Of a DNA stretch of 64,000 nt, positions 55,401 through 61,556 are shown piece after piece (positions within the stretch are counted from its first letter, which is position 1; each line of letters starts with the position of its first letter). Origin of the DNA: Octopus bimaculoides (lineage: Eukaryota). The translations under genes and the position numbers were made by a program. The notes under the pieces are model-generated. The model ran no database searches. It saw only the letters and a program-made list of their open reading frames with translations, and was not told the origin of the DNA. The DNA lies in NCBI RefSeq assembly GCF_001194135.2, contig NC_068987.1:2923234-2987233 (forward strand), read 5' to 3'.

Positions 55401-55845
55401 AGCACCATCCGGAGTATTCGAGCAGTTCCAAGCAGTCTTGTTTTCTGCAAGTGCTCCACCCTTATTGCAGCCCCTATTTGTTCCATGTACTTCTCAAGAT
55501 TTTTACTCACTGTTCCCAGGGCTCAGACAATTATTGGTACTACTACCATCTTTTTCAGCGACCACAACTGCTTGACTTCCCAAGCTAACCTGTCATATCT
55601 ATCGACTTTTCTCTCTTCCTTATCGCATACCTTGTTGTCAGCTGAGCATGCTATATCTATGATCCAGCATAGTTTGCTTTCTTTCTTAATTAACACTGTC
55701 TGGTTTCCTATTCTCTATCTCATGGTCGCACTGAATCATAAAATCCCACAGGATTTTTGCATTTCTATTTTCAGCGATGCCTTCAGGTTTGTGATCATAC
55801 CAATTTTTTGCTCTGTCAAGTCCATACTTGTTGCTTGCAACAACA

Positions 55846-55878
<33 letters not shown>

Positions 55879-57072
55879 GTTGTTGTTGTTATTATAATAT
55901 TTTTTTTTCCCCATTCAGAAATACAAAGCATTATCATTACTTGGACACTGTGTGGAGATTATCTTAATATTGGTGTTCTTAATACTCTACCTGATTTTGC
56001 GGATTATTCCAAACTGGGTGAATTTCTCCGATTTTATCACAGCGAAGATTGTCATGGCTATTGGTTTGATTTATTTTTTCTATCGTCTGCTTGGTGTATA
56101 CCTGCCTATTAGTCCAACGCTCGGACCGAATTTAGTACGTATTGTCAGAATGGTAAGTTCTAGCTTTTATCTTTTACTTGTTTCATTCATTAGACTGCGA
56201 CCATGCTGGGGCACCATCTTGAAGAATTTTAGTCAAACTAATTAACCCTAGTGCTCATTGTTTTTTTAAAGCCTGGTACTTACTCTATCAGTCTCTTTTG
56301 CCGAACCACTAGGTTATGGGGATGTAAGCACATCAACATTGTCAAATAGTGGTAGGGGACAAAAACAGACGGACAAAACACTCACACGCACCAAATCCAC
56401 TCACAAGGCTTTCTTCAGCCTGGGGCTATAAGTAGAAGATACTTGCCCAAGGTGGCACACAGTGAAACTGAACCTGGAACTGAACTATGTGGTTGGGAAG
56501 CAAGCTTCTTACCACACAGCCACTTTATACTTTTGAAGTCTATTGGTCAATTTAGCTAAACCGTTAAGTTATGGGGATGTAAACAACCCAACAACAGTTG
56601 TCAAACTGTGTGGGATGGGGTGAAGAATACAGACACAAAGACACTCAAACATAGACATAATTATATGACAGGCTTCCACACAGTTTCCATCTACTAAATC
56701 AGCTCAGAAAGTATTGGTCAGCCTAGGGCTGATATATATTAGATCATCCCATAAATAATGCAGGTTTTTTTGCAATTGCATGAACTAAAAGTTGGAGGGA
56801 GATGGATTAAACTACCTGCATCAACTTGCTATAAAAGCTGTTAGTAATTTTACCTTGTACTTATTCTTAGTGCAAGTTTTTGAAGAGTGCAGTTCGATTT
56901 TAACAGTTATTTTTTCAAAGCTATAATGGAAGTGACAAAGGGGCATATTTGGCATATTTTGCTGTATGAGTTCAATTATTTTTTCAGATATATAATACTG
57001 TACCAAGGACTTTCTATTTCTAATTCTACTTACTTGCATATACTATTATTGTTATTATTATCATTATTGTTA

Positions 57073-57142
<70 letters not shown>

Positions 57143-57198
57143 CATTATTATTATTGAGTGGGAGAGCAGTGCATGCCATCAAAGTGACACTGGGGTTG

Positions 57199-57253
<55 letters not shown>

Positions 57254-60200
57254 CATTATTATCATTATTCATGTATCAACATATATCGCACATCACACTT
57301 GTAAGTTTGTTTTTTAATTTATATTGTTACACATTGTTATATATTGTACATTTGTCAGTGTTACATTGATAAACCAACCAGGACCTTAGGGAGCTGGTTA
57401 GTTTTTTTCTCCATCTGTTGCCATTTAGGGGCTAATCTGGGATTTATTTAACCTAACGTGCCCCTCAATTTTTGCTTAAAAAGGCAGACAAGGGTTGTTT
57501 GTCCACTGGAAAAAAAACAGCCAAATTGTAAAAGTCAGTGACAGCAGCAACAACAACAACAACAACAGCCACAACAACAACAATAGAACACGTGAAATGT
57601 ATGGAAGTAAATTTCCATTGCTTCCAGTATTACCTTCACCATTGCAGGAACAACAAATGAAATCAATGACAACAAAAAAACAACACCAACAAGAACACTG
57701 CCTCCTCCACCACCACTGCCAATGGCAACAGCAAACTTCCTCCTCCTCACTTACCACCAATATTTTCTTTTAATCCTTTAGTCTTTTAATCTTTTAATCC
57801 TTAAACTGTTTGTCTTTTTTAGGTGAAGCATGATTTTGTGGCCTTCATCAGGATGTTCTTGATATTCCTCTTAGCTGGTGGTGTGACCACACAAGCCGTC
57901 CTCTACCCAAACTATCCTCTTGGCACCCAAATGTTAAAAAATGTCTTGACACGTCCACTCTTTGCCTTATTTTTAACACAAATTCAGGATTTAGATGGTA
58001 AATACCTTCTGCTTCTCTATTTCAATAATATATTCTGTCCTAGAAACATTAGCACGACGGGCAAAATGCTTAATGGTATTTCATCTGTCCTTACATTCTG
58101 AATTCAAATTCTGCTGAGGTCGACTTTGCTTTCCATCCTTTCGGGGTTGATAAATTAAGTACCAATTGTGTATTGGGATCGATCTAATTGACTGGTCGCC
58201 TTCCCAAAAATTTCGGGCCTTGTGCCTAGAGTAGAAAAAAATATTTCTTCTGTTTAAGGTGGTGAGCTGGCAGAAACATTATCACGCCGGGTAAAATGCT
58301 TAGCGGTATTTTGTCTGTCTTTACATTCTAAGTTCAAATTCCACCAAGGTCTGATTCACCAGTTCCTCTGATCCACCAGAATCTCTGTTCTCCAGTCCCT
58401 CTTGTTCACCAGTCCCTCTTGTTCACCAGTTCCTCTTGTTCACCAGCCCTTCTTGTTCACCAATGCCCCTTGTTCACCAGTCCCTCTTGTTCACCAATCC
58501 CTCTTGTTCACCAGCCCCTCTTGTTCACCAGCTCCTCATGCTCACCAGTTTCTCTTGTTCACCAGCTCCTCTTGTTCACCGGTCCCTCTTGTTCACCAGT
58601 TCCTCTTGTTCACCAGTTCCCCTTGTTCACCAGTCCCTCTTTGTTCACCAGTCCCTCTTGTTCACCAGACCCTCTTGTTCACCAGTTCCTCTTGTTCACC
58701 AGTTCCTATTGTTCACCAGTCCCTCCTGTTCACCAGTCCCTCTTGTTCACCAGTCGCTCTTGTTCACCAGTTCCTCTTGTTCACCAATCCCTCTTGTTCA
58801 CCAGTCCATCTTGTTCACCAGTTCCTCTTGTTCACCATCTCTTGTTGAACTGTCATAAAGTGTTATTTTGGGAATTTTATATCTGGAAAGCAAAAATGTC
58901 TCTCTAGGGCTCAGCTGTGATGCTTACTCAGCTATTCAGTGATTCAGTTTCATATCTGCTACAGAACCATCCGACTCTTGCCAGTATACAAGAACAAATG
59001 TTAACTGACAATGTTTATAATGTAACGATATGAAGTACACATTGATCAGGGATTCATTAAATGAAATGTGTATTAATTACATGAAATGTAACTACTTTAT
59101 ATTGATTGGTTCAATGTTAAATTTACCAAATGGAGACGTCCAACATAAGTGACACGACTGTCAATCCCATCTTTATCTCTAATGCCATAACTGTTTCTAT
59201 TTCCAGGTTTTAAAGACTGCACTCCTTTGTACAAAAATATTTCGCCAAGTTATTGCACTACAAGTAAGTAAAACATTGACTCTTTTGATACCAACCTGAC
59301 TGAAACTGCCTCTGGCTCTGTAGAACAAATGTCTTGTTTCCATAAGTTCTGAATTAAAATCTTCCACCAGACCTTAATCACAATTTATGTTCCTAACACT
59401 AGCTGAATGATAACTAAGTTATTTTACTAAATTCTTTATTATATTCAAAATTAATTGAAAGAAACACAGAGCTTCTCAAAAGAAATATGGTAATAAAAGG
59501 GTTAAATATTTCTAGTTAATAGTGTTTCTTAAAAGAATTGGATGGCAATTTTGGCAAAACAACTGAGAAAATATCTTGCTGCTGTAGTTACAGTTCTATA
59601 CATTCTGAGTTCAAATCTTGCCCATAGCAGCTTTAACATTTATTCTGCCATAAAATTTGCATCAGTAACAATTCAACTGAGAAAATAAAGTACCAGTGAA
59701 ATACTGGGGTCATTGATATCAGTTTAGTCCCTCCCCTCAAAATTTCTGGCCTTGTGCCTAAAAGCAAAGACCATTATTACAGAAGTGTGTGTGTAAGTAA
59801 ATACATATAGATGTTCCACACTTATAGACACCCATGTTTGCGTACATACATATGCACATGCACACACACACACACACACACTCACACTAATTCATGCATT
59901 GTATATACTCACACATAAATTATTCTATGACTTTAAAACTCTTTTATATTCCATTTCAGGAAAAACATCTTCGCCATTTGTTTCAGGTGAGAATACTTTT
60001 GTTTGTAAATTCAGGTGAAACATTTTATTTTCTTGTGGGATATTTTATCTTGTGTCATAATTAGATCTTCATTATCTTTTAGTATTGGTTTGCATTGATG
60101 AAGAGGGTGGGATTTGGATACCCTGCAGGATGAAGAGCAAGAGTCTTCAAAATCAATAGCCTTTCAAGTACATTGTGTGTGTGTGTGTATAAAATATTCT

Positions 60201-61505
60201 ATAATTATATGCATAATTATATTCAGGGGTCAGCTAAGTGCCTCACCACGTACTGAATTAGAAATACCATTTTTATGGTAGTTGAAAAGACATTAGCATC
60301 TATTTCTAATTCAGTACGTGGCAAGGTACTTAGCTGACCCCTGATTATAATTATGCATATAATTATAGAATATTTTGTATAATTCACCTAAAAAGGTTTT
60401 TTTAACGTACTGACTACTTGGTAAAATTATTAATTATTAATTAATTAATTGATTAATTTTACCCTATATTATTATATATGTATATAAGTATAGAAATGTG
60501 TCCGCATGAATGGTGGTGCACTTGCTTTTAATGATTCTGCAAAGAAAGAGGCTTGGAGATGCCATTATGAAAGACTGCTGGACGTGGAGAATGAACGAGA
60601 GGAGGAGAGTTTGCCAAACGTTGACCCAATTGAGGGACCAGCTACCCAAATCAACAGTACCCTGGTAGATAAAGCAATGAAGGACATGAAGACGGGGAAA
60701 GCCCCCGGCCCATCAGGAATCGCCGCTGAGATGCTTAAAATATCTGGCAGTGTGGGTTATGGTCTAGTCATCCCATATTGTAAATCAGGTTTTATGAAGG
60801 GGACAGGATTGGGGAGTGGGAAGTATGTTTAGTGCAAGAAACAGAAATGTGAAGTAGCGATGTAGTTTGGTTTGTTGTGGTCGAGTGTGAGAGGAATTTT
60901 CTTGTTAAGTTTGGGTGTCTGCTCAGCATTATGTTTGTTTTGTTTTTTTTCTCTATTCCAGATGCAGGAATTGCTGCTGTTGCTACATGTCCATATTCCA
61001 GTCTCGGGGGTTATATCGTTGTGTTGCAATATCTCATTATATGCAAGTTAATTCTTACGACAATTTTATTTGCAATGTTTGCGTAAGTAAATACAACCTT
61101 TAGTTTTATTGTGTTTGTGGTTGTGATTGTTGTTGTTGTATTGGGATCTGATGGGAACAGGAGGTGAGTAGGGGATGCAACATCATCATTCTCATCATCA
61201 TCATCATCATCATTATTATCATCATTATCACTAGTATTACTACAACCACCACCACCACCTCCATCATAACTGCTATTAAAGCCACTGCCACCATCTTCGC
61301 AGCCATTCAACAAAAACGCGTACAAATACCAAACGAAATGGTTCTTGACATTTTGTGATTTCATTGCTTCACACTATCAGCAATGCCTGGACCAGAATGG
61401 TTATCAGTTTGGAAACAAGCAGTCATAAAAATTAAATTGTCTGTAGAAATTTTGAAAAATCATCACCACCACCACCACCACCAGCACCACCACCACCATC
61501 ACCAC

Positions 61506-61556
<51 letters not shown>

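Noticed and set aside
58402-58907. Three overlapping Pro/Ser-rich ORFs
   Set aside because: These are translations of a stop-free 17-bp minisatellite inside an intron.
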